A stretch of DNA of 64,000 nt from Candidatus Dojkabacteria bacterium (GCA_016182915.1 JACPFP010000003.1:315685-379684); one strand, 5' to 3'. Shown: positions 20,653 to 30,433, counted from the stretch's first letter. The notes: generated by a model from the letters alone, not told the origin. Translations and numbers: made by a program.

Positions 20653-21459
20653 CTATCCCGCACTCGTATATCTTTTAAGAGAGTGATACCAGATTGCCTT
20701 AGCAAGGAAGAAGAACGCGAGTGAAATTACGACGGAAAGGACAGCGTATCTCCAGTCAAAGACCCCGCTTAATACCCTTGCAGGGACCGAACCTACAAAT
20801 GCAACGGGAAGGATTGTAAAGAAAACATACTTCATATTTCCCTGCCATATGTCTGAAGGAAACTTACCAACACCTGTAATCTGTTTTTTGATCTCTCTTA
20901 ATCCATTCTTCACCCTCACAAAATCAAAACTCGCAAATATCAATTCAAAACTAAACCAGATTATAAAAGCACTTAACATTGTAATTAGGAAGAGAAGAAC
21001 GAGAGAAAGTGTGAACTCCTGGTAGTGGTTAACAACATAGTATCCAATTAGTAGAACTCCGGAGATTGCAGACATTGCATCATCAACAAAAAATTCAGTG
21101 AAGGAAGCGCCAAAGATTGAAGAGACTGGCTTAAGCAGTATAAAATCGAACTCCCCTTTTAGAATTTTCTCTTCCAGTCTCCATAGGTTTATAGAGAAAA
21201 GAGACCAGCTCATATAGTTAATGGTATTAAAAATCCCTGCGAGCAGGTACATCTCATCTAAGCTCCAGCCGACAAAGGACTTAGAACCACCAATAACCGC
21301 ATTTATAAATATAACCTGAGTTACAACAAGAAACACACCTCTTAGTGATCTGGCAATAACTTCAATCCTATACGTTCCAGCTTTACTCAAGCTCTGCTTA
21401 AATATAGTTATCCAGATTGTACGGTAGTATTTGAATATACTAAATTCCTTCTGCTTCAT
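20653..21459 (-). CDS. ABC-2 family permease (DUF990-like)
   Basis: GWSLDEM, KGEFDFILLKPVS, KFPSDIW, YTSAG end. Confidence 0.88.
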   Translation of the reverse strand: MKQKEFSIFKYYRTIWITIFKQSLSKAGTYRIEVIARSLRGVFLVVTQVIFINAVIGGSKSFVGWSLDEMYLLAGIFNTINYMSWSLFSINLWRLEEKILKGEFDFILLKPVSSIFGASFTEFFVDDAMSAISGVLLIGYYVVNHYQEFTLSLVLLFLITMLSAFIIWFSFELIFASFDFVRVKNGLREIKKQITGVGKFPSDIWQGNMKYVFFTILPVAFVGSVPARVLSGVFDWRYAVLSVVISLAFFFLAKAIWYHSLKRYTSAG

Positions 21460-22258
21460 ATTTCTTCAATGCTAATCTATATAGTAATTTGTAGAAGATT
21501 GTAAGGGAGATAATCCAAAAAAGTGCAATGTAGAAGCCCTGGATAATTTCAAATTGGAATAGTTGGTTTGTTAGTATCTCAACTGGGAAGGAAAGAGTAT
21601 ATCTAAATGGCAGAACCTTAACTAAAATTACAGCCCATATAGGCATTACCATAATTGGTATGACCTCTCCTGAAAGGAAGGTAACTGTATTCTCATAAAA
21701 CGATCTAATCCCAAGAATCTGCTTTATGAAAAAAGCTATCAATGCAAAGGTGTTGCCAAGAAGGAAGTTAATTATAAAGCCAATAACAACGGCGGAAAGT
21801 GCGTAAAAAAGATTAAGGGATGAGGTATTAATAATAATCATATCCTTAAAAAATATGTATGTTACGACTAGAAAAGGAATCAAGATTATAAGTCGGAGGA
21901 ATTTTGATGCCATACTAATACCTAAAGCTTCTGAGAGGTAGTTGAACGGTTTAACTAGATACTTGGAGAATTCTCCATACATAATCTTGTTTGAAATATA
22001 CTGATCAGAGAAGTCCTTCGTAAACTTACTTACAATTGCAATTAAGAAGAAATATGTGACCATCTGTTCAACCGACAGTGCATTAGAACCGTTCCTTGCC
22101 ACATTCGCCCAAAGGACGGCAAGTATAAAAGGTTGAAATATATCTGCAAGAATCCAAGCTAGAATCTGATTTCTATACGTGAGTTCGGTGCTTAAAAAGA
22201 GTCTGAAGGTGGTAAAAGTTACTTTTATAAATTGTTTAGGATTTTGTACTAGCATCAT
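21440..22258 (-). CDS. ABC-2 family permease
   Basis: GEFSKYLVKPFNY, LSGEVIP, LPFRY..FPVEI, YEAEG end. Confidence 0.88.
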   Translation of the reverse strand: MMLVQNPKQFIKVTFTTFRLFLSTELTYRNQILAWILADIFQPFILAVLWANVARNGSNALSVEQMVTYFFLIAIVSKFTKDFSDQYISNKIMYGEFSKYLVKPFNYLSEALGISMASKFLRLIILIPFLVVTYIFFKDMIIINTSSLNLFYALSAVVIGFIINFLLGNTFALIAFFIKQILGIRSFYENTVTFLSGEVIPIMVMPIWAVILVKVLPFRYTLSFPVEILTNQLFQFEIIQGFYIALFWIISLTIFYKLLYRLALKKYEAEGI

Positions 22259-23129
22259 TTATTACATCATCAATAGTTTTTTCAGGGTAGAGGTATGTCT
22301 TTATCCCCACCTTTTCAGCAGCTCTTATATTTTTCTCTTCATCATCAAGATAGTATACCTGATTTGGTTCAACTATGAATTGATCCATAACTTTATTGAA
22401 GAATTTAGGATCTTTTTTAAGAAATCTCAGCTGACTTGAGAAGAAGTATTTAGTAATACCTGTCTTTTCTGTAAGGAACTTTTCTAAGTATTCCGCTCTA
22501 TACTTCTCTTGGTTACTACATATGCATACCTGAAAGATATTTCTATCTAAGTCTTTGACTCTATTCACAACCGAATCGTTAATTGAGAGATCCTCCTCAA
22601 TCCAGTATTTAACAAGTTCATCAACTGAACCCTGCCATCTCCAAAGTTTAAGGACCTTCTTAAGAACTTTTTTTAGATCCTTCTTTCCAACTAAACATTC
22701 AGAGAAGTCTCCTTTAAAGAATGGAAGCATATCTTCAACGTCAACCCCAATTCTTTCAGAGTATCTCTCACTGAAAAGTTTTTCCTCATTGAGAACAACT
22801 CCGTCCAAGTCTAAAAGGATTATTCTAATGTGAGCGTTTTTCTTTTTAAGAGTTTCGAAGCGTTCACTCTCGAGTTCCTTTAATTTCCACATGAATATCT
22901 TCTCTCTGTTCTTTGCACTTGGATAGTCAATAGCAAAGCTGAATGCCTGCTCTAAAAGTGCCCTTGGCTTATTCTTAGCTAACTTAATATACATAGAAAC
23001 CCTATTTATTCCTCCAAGTTTCTGCGCTAGTCTATAACCGTAATCCTGAAACTCCTGTGATACATATTTATGTCGTTCAATAATATCCTTCTGTATATTA
23101 CTTTTAAGTATCTCTTGTATGCTTTGCAT
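22236..23129 (-). CDS. Fusion: ~90-aa helical N-terminal domain + HAD-family phosphatase
   Basis: N-term YVSQEFQDYGYRLA...IFMWKL; HAD motifs LDLDGV, CSNQ, KKDP, LDD..NIRAA. Confidence 0.8.
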   Translation of the reverse strand: MQSIQEILKSNIQKDIIERHKYVSQEFQDYGYRLAQKLGGINRVSMYIKLAKNKPRALLEQAFSFAIDYPSAKNREKIFMWKLKELESERFETLKKKNAHIRIILLDLDGVVLNEEKLFSERYSERIGVDVEDMLPFFKGDFSECLVGKKDLKKVLKKVLKLWRWQGSVDELVKYWIEEDLSINDSVVNRVKDLDRNIFQVCICSNQEKYRAEYLEKFLTEKTGITKYFFSSQLRFLKKDPKFFNKVMDQFIVEPNQVYYLDDEEKNIRAAEKVGIKTYLYPEKTIDDVINDASTKS

Positions 23130-23165
23130 AACTGCAATTCTACAGGTATTTCAGTCCAAATTAAA

Positions 23166-25172
23166 CTACTTGTATAGACTGAACTTTCCTGTTGTTTCTT
23201 TAATTGTTTCTACATCGGCAAAGATCCCAAGACCTAGAATTTCAGAGTCCTTAAAAAGCATCTTAGCCGTTGTTTTAGAGATATCTGCATCGTTTTTAAT
23301 CTCCAGCATCTCTTTTGTATAGACTAGGTATTTGACCTCTTTCATCTCCTTTACTTTTTCGAATAGGGTATGGAGCTGGGCTTCATTTGCACTTAATGCA
23401 ACGATCGGATACTGGGAATTAGCAGGAATTTGGACACCATCTGAGAACTCGAAACTGTCAGTACTTGCAAACTGATCTTGATCAATTTGATTTCCCAGGG
23501 TAGCGCAGATATGTCCAACTGTATTGGTTACCTTCCAACCCTCCAGTGCGTTATTTAATACCACCACCATTTTCTTGGATGTATCCTGGACCTTATTTGT
23601 TTTCTGTTTCCCAATCAATTTCTCATTTCCTTCCAAGGCGTCTGTTCCATATATCTCCTTTTGGAGTTTTGTAACAGGAGCCGGTCTCATGAGCGGGAAG
23701 AAGATTACATCGTCAATGTACTCAGATTCTGTAAACAGCATCTGGAATCGTTCAATGCCTGGTCCTAAGCCCGTTGTAGGTGGCATACCATACTCCATTG
23801 TTTCAATGAACTCAATGTCCATTGGATGTGCGACATCGTTTTCACTAATTTTCTTTCCAAGGCTCTGGGCTTTGAATCTCTCAAAGAGTTCAACAGGATT
23901 ATTCAGCTCACTCCAATTGTCTCCTTGCTCAATACCGCCTATAAAGAGTTCAAACCTTTCTACATATTTAGGATTATCAGCCATCCTCTTCGCAAGTGGG
24001 GATATCTCTACGGGATGTCCGAATATTATCGTTGGTTGAATTAGTTGCTCTTCAACTTTCTCCTCAAATACAACTTTCATGCTCTCTCCAACATTATCTG
24101 GCTTTATACCTTCATACCCGATCTCGTCCAGTACTTTATGAGCTTCAGGGAGGGTATTTATTTTGTAGAAATCTATTCCTGCATACTTTTTAACAGCGTC
24201 AATCATCATGATTCTCTCCCATTTACCCATGAGATTGATTTCATGCCCACCAACCTTATACACATTCTTATTCATTACACTCTTTGCAATATGCTTGTAT
24301 AGATCTTCCGTGAGGTCCATGTTGTACTCATAGTTCTTGTACGCAGTCATTGTCTCAAGCATTTGGAATTCAGGATTATGTGTACGGTCTATACCTTCAT
24401 TTCTAAAGTATCCTGTCATATTGTATACGTTCTCGAAACCTGCTGTGATGAGTCTTTTAAGATATAGCTCATGTGCAATTGCAAGATAGAAGTCTGTACC
24501 AAGGGCATTCATATATGTACTAAACGGTCTTGCATTTGTTCCTCCGTAGAGAGGTTGTATCACTGGAGTTTTTATTTCAAGGAACCCTTTACTATTTAAG
24601 AACTCCCTAATCGCGAACAGTATTCTTGCTGAGTCTACAAACTTCCCCTTTTTGCTTGGGTCCATGATTAGGTCAAGATATCTCTGTCTGAACTTTGCCT
24701 CTTTGTCTTGAAGTCCCGCCCATTTATCTGGAAGAGGTCTAATTGATTTTGTAAGCATACGAAGGGTAACGGGCTGAACGGAGACCTCACCTCTCTGTGT
24801 TTTGGTAACGATACCTGTGGCTTCAACAATATCTCCAAGATCAAAGAGTTCGAGATCTGCAAATCCAATTGTTTGGCCTTTGACATCGGTTGGAGCTAAT
24901 ACATCGTCCTTAATGTATAGTTGAAGCTTTTCGGTTGGATCCTGAATATGTCCGAATACAATATGCCCGTGTTCACGAAAAGACATTAACCTCCCCGCAA
25001 CGGTAACACTCTGTCCTTCATACTTAGAGTAGTTTTGAATAATCTCTGCATTGGAAACTGATCTCAAGCTTCTTGATGGGTATGCATCAATTCCCATTGC
25101 TTTCATCTTCTCAACCTTCTCTATCCTGACATTTCTCTGTCCAATTAAGTCACTTCTCTGTGTGTTATCCAT
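23166..25172 (-). CDS. lysS: Lysine--tRNA ligase (class II) with C-terminal DUF2000-like domain
   Basis: OB domain, RQRYLDL, GGTNARPF, FRNEGID.THNPEF, YGMPPTTGLGPGIER; ~140-aa extra C-terminal domain. Confidence 0.97.
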   Translation of the reverse strand: MDNTQRSDLIGQRNVRIEKVEKMKAMGIDAYPSRSLRSVSNAEIIQNYSKYEGQSVTVAGRLMSFREHGHIVFGHIQDPTEKLQLYIKDDVLAPTDVKGQTIGFADLELFDLGDIVEATGIVTKTQRGEVSVQPVTLRMLTKSIRPLPDKWAGLQDKEAKFRQRYLDLIMDPSKKGKFVDSARILFAIREFLNSKGFLEIKTPVIQPLYGGTNARPFSTYMNALGTDFYLAIAHELYLKRLITAGFENVYNMTGYFRNEGIDRTHNPEFQMLETMTAYKNYEYNMDLTEDLYKHIAKSVMNKNVYKVGGHEINLMGKWERIMMIDAVKKYAGIDFYKINTLPEAHKVLDEIGYEGIKPDNVGESMKVVFEEKVEEQLIQPTIIFGHPVEISPLAKRMADNPKYVERFELFIGGIEQGDNWSELNNPVELFERFKAQSLGKKISENDVAHPMDIEFIETMEYGMPPTTGLGPGIERFQMLFTESEYIDDVIFFPLMRPAPVTKLQKEIYGTDALEGNEKLIGKQKTNKVQDTSKKMVVVLNNALEGWKVTNTVGHICATLGNQIDQDQFASTDSFEFSDGVQIPANSQYPIVALSANEAQLHTLFEKVKEMKEVKYLVYTKEMLEIKNDADISKTTAKMLFKDSEILGLGIFADVETIKETTGKFSLYK

Positions 25173-25194
25173 ATTGATATAATATTATTTTAAA

Positions 25195-25458
25195 TACAAA
25201 AACGCCCCTCATAAATATCCGTAAGTAGATACTTATGAAGGGTGTTATTAACACGGTACCACCTTCTTTCTCCAAACTATTTCATAGTTCAGACTCGATT
25301 AGGCTAATTCCGTTAGCTACTCGTTGGATTCTACTCTCTAATATCACTACTAGATTTCTTTCCACCACTTAGAGGTCTTAAACATCTTTTTAGAACTACC
25401 CTTTCTCACTGTACAGGGCTCACTTAAGTACATAGAAGTGTTTTCCTCGTCACTGTGT
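25195..25458 (-). promoter_or_regulatory. T-box riboswitch (Lys specifier AAG) with antiterminator and terminator
   Basis: Stem I AGTGAG/GTGAGA motifs, AAG at 25377-25379 before A-CCTC, T-box AAGAAGGTGGTACCGTG (25252-25268), terminator ACACCCTTCATAAGTATC...GATATTTATGAGGGGCGTTTTT; TGATATAAT upstream. Confidence 0.92.
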
Positions 25459-25491
25459 TGGCTGATTATATCACAAATTACAATCCGACCT

Positions 25492-26472
25492 CTACTTTGC
25501 AATTATCTCCAGATTTCCAGCACCAAGATCTGCTTTTATTACAAACTGTGGATTGCCTGCTTTAGATCGATATGTTCCCTTTGAACCTAATCCACCATAC
25601 GACTGGGATCCCGCATCAGTAGTTACTACAAATTCACCAACCCCAACATTATATTCCACTTCAAAACTCACCTCTTTTGGTATTGTGATTGTCATCTTAC
25701 CAGCTCCTACATTTACATCTATTGGACAAACTATCTCATCGCCAAGATCAAGAGTTACTTCCCCAGCTCCAACATTCAAAGATATCGCCTCAATCAGTTT
25801 GCTGTTTAAAACGATATCTCCCTGTCCAGCTCCTAATTTCACATCATAACTACTAACTACATCTCCAAGCGTTGTAAAATCGAACTGGTTCTTGAAGTCA
25901 TAGAAGGGAAACATTCTTGAATATCTCTGCTTGCTCTGAGTGAAATCAATATTTAGAATCCCTTCCACCTGCTGTGCCTGCACCTCTGGTCTAAGAACAG
26001 CCTCAGGATATGCTCCTGTAACAAGGAGATACTCCTTCGATCCGGTATCGTCTATTGAAAACTTTGAGGCCCCAATATCAAAGGAATATTCAACTTTCTC
26101 AACTCCAACATAGCCAGAAGAACTGACATCAAAATCGTTGTTGATCTCCTTTACAATTACATTCCTCTGATCCTCAACCCATGTATAGAAGCTACCTTGT
26201 TTCTGCCAACTTCCTCCTACAACCAACATATATATAATTAACAGATCAACGAGTATATCTAAAAGAAGATTAAGTACCTTACCAAATGGAAATACTCCAC
26301 AGAGAATCTTAATTCCCCAAAGTACGATTAGAAGGGGCCAGAAGGTGGCAAAGAGTCTAAAAATATCTCCAAATGTGAAATAGTCAAAGTTTATGAGAAG
26401 AAAGAGTGTACCGATGAAGATGAGAGATATTGCACTTGAGATTCTTTCTAGCCCTTTACTATTTTTCTCCAT
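25492..26472 (-). CDS. LiaF/DUF5668-like membrane protein with C-terminal beta-solenoid (VGAG repeats)
   Basis: FWPLLIV TM motif; repeated LGAG/VGAG/VGVG. Confidence 0.75.
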   Translation of the reverse strand: MEKNSKGLERISSAISLIFIGTLFLLINFDYFTFGDIFRLFATFWPLLIVLWGIKILCGVFPFGKVLNLLLDILVDLLIIYMLVVGGSWQKQGSFYTWVEDQRNVIVKEINNDFDVSSSGYVGVEKVEYSFDIGASKFSIDDTGSKEYLLVTGAYPEAVLRPEVQAQQVEGILNIDFTQSKQRYSRMFPFYDFKNQFDFTTLGDVVSSYDVKLGAGQGDIVLNSKLIEAISLNVGAGEVTLDLGDEIVCPIDVNVGAGKMTITIPKEVSFEVEYNVGVGEFVVTTDAGSQSYGGLGSKGTYRSKAGNPQFVIKADLGAGNLEIIAK

Positions 26473-26962
26473 CTTTATTTTTTACTAAAATTACGATTCC
26501 AAGTGTTATAACGATGAGAGGCCAGAGTTTTCCCAAATACCAGCCTAAATCAAAGAATCTTGTTAAACCGAAATTTGCAAAGGTAAGGTATGTACCGAAA
26601 AGAACAATGAAGATTCCAAACCAAACCCTTGAGTTACTTCTCTTAGCTATATCTTCTACCCCATTCGCCATACTCTTCATCTTGCTCTCTATCTCCTTGC
26701 TGTTTTTCTTCACAACGTTTTCAGTTGTAGTATCTTTTGCTCCTTCTTCAGGTATTACAACCCAAAGGATAAAATAGGCCAGAATCCCAACTCCTCCTGA
26801 GAGAACAATCAGAACAAATAGCAGTCTGATTATAGTTGAATCAACATTGAAATATTCTCCGAGTCCACCACATACTCCACCTATGACTCTGTCCGTTTTA
26901 GATCGGTATAGTGATTTAGTTTGAGAGACTTTGGAAGGTGTGCTTCCCTTTGTATTGGCCAT
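26459..26962 (-). CDS. pspC: PspC domain protein
   Basis: LYRSKTDRVIGGVCGGLGEYFNVD..IIRL; C-terminal LWPL TM. Confidence 0.92.
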   Translation of the reverse strand: MANTKGSTPSKVSQTKSLYRSKTDRVIGGVCGGLGEYFNVDSTIIRLLFVLIVLSGGVGILAYFILWVVIPEEGAKDTTTENVVKKNSKEIESKMKSMANGVEDIAKRSNSRVWFGIFIVLFGTYLTFANFGLTRFFDLGWYLGKLWPLIVITLGIVILVKNKDGEK

Positions 26963-27077
26963 TCTTTAACAGTAACAATTTACATACGATTATATTCCTT
27001 CATAAATGGCGTGTAAACATCATTGAAAAAACAGCATAACTTAGATATACTTTCTCAATTAAATAATCCTTTTCCAA

Positions 27078-28373
27078 ATGGAACTTGATCTGCTTTCTAA
27101 AATTACGGCACTATCTAAGAGAAGAGGAATACTCTTCCCAAATTCTGAAATATACGGTGGTATAGGGGGATTCTACGACTACGGTCCTGTTGGAGTTGAG
27201 ATGAAAAACAACCTCAAAAGAATGTGGTGGAAATATATGGTTGATGACAGAGACGATGTTGTAGGGATTGATGGAACAATTATCACCCACCCAAAGGTCT
27301 GGGAGGCATCGGGGCATATCACAGGTTTCGCAGATGAAATGGCTGAATGTAAAAAATGCCACCAGAGATTTAGACCTGAAGATATCGAAGGGAAATGCCC
27401 CAAATGTGGAGGAACTGATTTTTCCGAAGCGAAGAAATACAATATGCTTTTTAAAACTGAGGTCGGCGTAATCGAGGGAGAAACAACCCCAGCATACCTT
27501 AGAGGAGAGGCATGCCAAACTATATATCTTGATTTTAAAAATGTCGTAGATTCTTCGAGGGTTAAGGTTCCTTTTGGAATAGCACAGATTGGTAAGGCAT
27601 TTAGAAACGAAGTTACACCAAATAAGTTTACCTTTAGAACAAGAGAATTTGAGCAGTGGGATTTACAATTTTTCGTACACCCTTCCGACATGGGAAAGTG
27701 GTTTGAATACTGGAAGGAGCAAAGAATGTCCTTCTATAAAAACCTTTACAGAAAATCTGAGAACTTAAGGTTCTACCAACATCCTAAAGAAAAATTAGTT
27801 TTCTATGCAAAAGACGCTTTTGATATTGAATATCTTGCACCATGGGGATGGGCAGAAAATGAGGGGATTCACTGGAGAGGTGATTATGATTTAACACAGC
27901 ATAGTAAATTCTCTGGAAAAGACCTTTCATATACAGATCCAATTACAAATGAGAGATATATTCCACATATTGTTGAAACCTCTGGTGGTGTAGATAGAAC
28001 ATTCTTGTACCTCCTCTTCGATGCATATGAGGAAGAAACTCTTGCAAATGGAGAGCTCCGTACAGTACTAAAGATAAATCCTGAGATAGCAGCATATAAA
28101 GCAGCTGTCTTCCCACTTGTGGGAAACAAAGAAGAGATTACAGGGAAAGCACGAGAGATATATACAATGCTTAAGAAGGATATGAAAGTTATGTGGGATG
28201 ATAGAGGAAACATTGGTAAGAGGTATAGATATCAAGATGAAATTGGTACTCCAAAATGTATAACTATCGATTACCAGACATTGGAAGATGGAACGGTAAC
28301 GGTTAGAGATAGAGACACAATGGAGCAGGTAAGGGTCAAGGTTGAGGAACTAAAGGAAAGCTTAACAAAGTAA
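27078..28373 (+). CDS. glyQS: Glycine--tRNA ligase, single-chain (alpha2) type
   Basis: EIYGG..GFYDYGP, IGKAFRNE, FRTREFEQ, IGKRYRYQDEIGTP. Confidence 0.97.
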   Translation: MELDLLSKITALSKRRGILFPNSEIYGGIGGFYDYGPVGVEMKNNLKRMWWKYMVDDRDDVVGIDGTIITHPKVWEASGHITGFADEMAECKKCHQRFRPEDIEGKCPKCGGTDFSEAKKYNMLFKTEVGVIEGETTPAYLRGEACQTIYLDFKNVVDSSRVKVPFGIAQIGKAFRNEVTPNKFTFRTREFEQWDLQFFVHPSDMGKWFEYWKEQRMSFYKNLYRKSENLRFYQHPKEKLVFYAKDAFDIEYLAPWGWAENEGIHWRGDYDLTQHSKFSGKDLSYTDPITNERYIPHIVETSGGVDRTFLYLLFDAYEEETLANGELRTVLKINPEIAAYKAAVFPLVGNKEEITGKAREIYTMLKKDMKVMWDDRGNIGKRYRYQDEIGTPKCITIDYQTLEDGTVTVRDRDTMEQVRVKVEELKESLTK

Positions 28374-28380
28374 GCAGTTG

Positions 28381-29013
28381 TTACTTCACAAGAAAAAGAG
28401 GAATTTTAACTGGTATAGGACCGATATAAAATCGACTCTCCTTCAAAATCCCTTTAAATGAGCTCTTATCTACCAATTGTTCTAAATGGCGTAGATCTTC
28501 AAGGCGTTGTCCTTTTTTGTAAGTAACAAACCTGCCTAATGTTTCATTTAAGAACCTCATAATTACATATTTTAGGTTGGTATCTAGTGTTGTGAATTCT
28601 TCGTTGATAATATTTCTCTCAGGAACTACTGCAAAAATATTTGGATATAACTCAAATCTAGTGAAGCCTTTCCTTCTTTGAGTAAACTCTGTTATTAATA
28701 TATCTACAAATATCTGATTTCTCTCAAATCTCAAATATCTCTTGGAAGATTCGTTCATAAGTGATTTATAGAACGGCATTCTTTTGTTAATAAATGTTGA
28801 TTTTGTATATCCATTCTTCTCTAAATAGTCTTCAAGTGTCTTTAGCTGGGATTGATCCAAGATAATATCAAGATCGTGGATTTCTCTTGAATATCCGAGT
28901 TTTTTCGTTGTTGCCAGAGTAGCAACAGAACCAACTACTATATACTTAGAAGGGTTGAGAAATGTAGTGAGATCTTTAATCAGAAGATGGTATTTTTGAT
29001 TATTATCAATCAT
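28381..29013 (-). CDS. Pol-beta-superfamily nucleotidyltransferase-like protein
   Basis: IVVGSVA...HDLDII...VDIL signature. Confidence 0.65.
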   Translation of the reverse strand: MIDNNQKYHLLIKDLTTFLNPSKYIVVGSVATLATTKKLGYSREIHDLDIILDQSQLKTLEDYLEKNGYTKSTFINKRMPFYKSLMNESSKRYLRFERNQIFVDILITEFTQRRKGFTRFELYPNIFAVVPERNIINEEFTTLDTNLKYVIMRFLNETLGRFVTYKKGQRLEDLRHLEQLVDKSSFKGILKESRFYIGPIPVKIPLFLVK

Positions 29014-29071
29014 TGACTACGTTTAATAATATTCCAGTGAATTAGAAGAAAAAAGGGATTAATTCCCTTTA

Positions 29072-30412
29072 CTATTTACCAACCTTAGGCATCTTCTCTA
29101 CAATTGAGGGATTCTCCCACTTTTCAAACAGTTTCCTTGCATCATCAGAGGTTCCACTCTCAAGAAGAGCCACAATCATGTTAGAAAGGACATCTAAATC
29201 AACAGAGAGTTTCGCAAAATCAACGGTCATAGTATTTGCACTGAACTGCACAGATTTAGACTTTACAAAATAGTTAAAGGCCAAATGGAAACCTCTTGCA
29301 TATACCATAATTGAAGGTTCTTTCTTAGCTTTATGACAGACATTTATTGCAAACACTAAGAATGCTATCAGAAGTTCATTATACTGTTCAATGGAAATAA
29401 GGCCATTAAGGACATGATACTTAGCACTTCTAACACCAAATACATCTGCATTTAACTCTCTTACAACATCAATATACTCACCAAGTCTATTCTCCATACC
29501 CTTAAACTTGATTGCTCCCTCTGCAATCTCATGAAGGATGATAAGTCTGTAGTTAGCTTGTGACATAGAATCTTTTGTTCTTTTAGGATCAAACTTCTTA
29601 ACATGCTTAAGATATCCCTTTAACTGTGTTTCAAATTTCTTTACAAGCGCATTATGGTATACAACAATCTTTGTTCCATACTTGGAAACTTTCTCAGGCT
29701 CATTGGGAAGATTAGTACTAGACGGCATGCTACCCGCCTGCCTACCGGCAAACATAAGGACATCATCAACTCTAATCTTTATTTTGCTTGTATTTAATTT
29801 CGCGGCAACTGACCTAGAAGGCTTAAGAATTCCCAGTTTTCCTACAATCTTAGTCATTTCCTCCACTTCCTGTGTTTCCTGAGTTCTTAACACTCGCAGT
29901 GAGTACTGGTAGCTCTTCTTAACACCCATGAAGCTATCATTGTATGATTCAATAGGGCCAATAAGGATATCTATTGTTGTATTCTGCGTTGAGAGAAAGG
30001 TATTCATGATACTATCGAAATCGCCTTTACTAAAATATCCTGCAATTCTAGATAGATACCACGAAAGCCTCTTTTCTTTTGTAGTTTTGGAGGCAAGGAT
30101 TAACAGTTCAAAAATTCTATCATGTTCCTTTTTATACTCATCTTTGTAGTTTACAGCAATCAATCTCCTATTTTTCTCCCTCTTAACAATGGTATATGGA
30201 GAAAGGAGCTTTGAATTCCTTTTTGCCGCAACCATTAGCTCTTCTCTGCTTAAATCTTCGGGATAGAAGGAAGGAACTCCTGTTTTAGAGTCAACTTGTT
30301 TCTCCCATATTTTATGGATTGTTTCTCCTACCTTTTCTAATATTTTCAATGTATCTCGCTCGCTCTTTGGAAGATAGCTGGAATCATATGGGAAAGAACT
30401 TATTGCTGCCAT
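29072..30412 (-). CDS. Peptidase M49 (DPP III)-like protein with altered metal motif
   Basis: SFYP, SPYT, IGPIESYND, NLPNE, LHEIAEG, ELNAD. Confidence 0.75.
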   Translation of the reverse strand: MAAISSFPYDSSYLPKSERDTLKILEKVGETIHKIWEKQVDSKTGVPSFYPEDLSREELMVAAKRNSKLLSPYTIVKREKNRRLIAVNYKDEYKKEHDRIFELLILASKTTKEKRLSWYLSRIAGYFSKGDFDSIMNTFLSTQNTTIDILIGPIESYNDSFMGVKKSYQYSLRVLRTQETQEVEEMTKIVGKLGILKPSRSVAAKLNTSKIKIRVDDVLMFAGRQAGSMPSSTNLPNEPEKVSKYGTKIVVYHNALVKKFETQLKGYLKHVKKFDPKRTKDSMSQANYRLIILHEIAEGAIKFKGMENRLGEYIDVVRELNADVFGVRSAKYHVLNGLISIEQYNELLIAFLVFAINVCHKAKKEPSIMVYARGFHLAFNYFVKSKSVQFSANTMTVDFAKLSVDLDVLSNMIVALLESGTSDDARKLFEKWENPSIVEKMPKVGK

Positions 30413-30433
30413 TGTTAATAATAAATATTAAAA

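Noticed and set aside
4181-25228. CCGTAAGTA recurring in intergenic DNA near 4182, 8755 and 25219
   Set aside because: Only 9 nt with unrelated flanks; cannot be separated from chance without a genome-wide count
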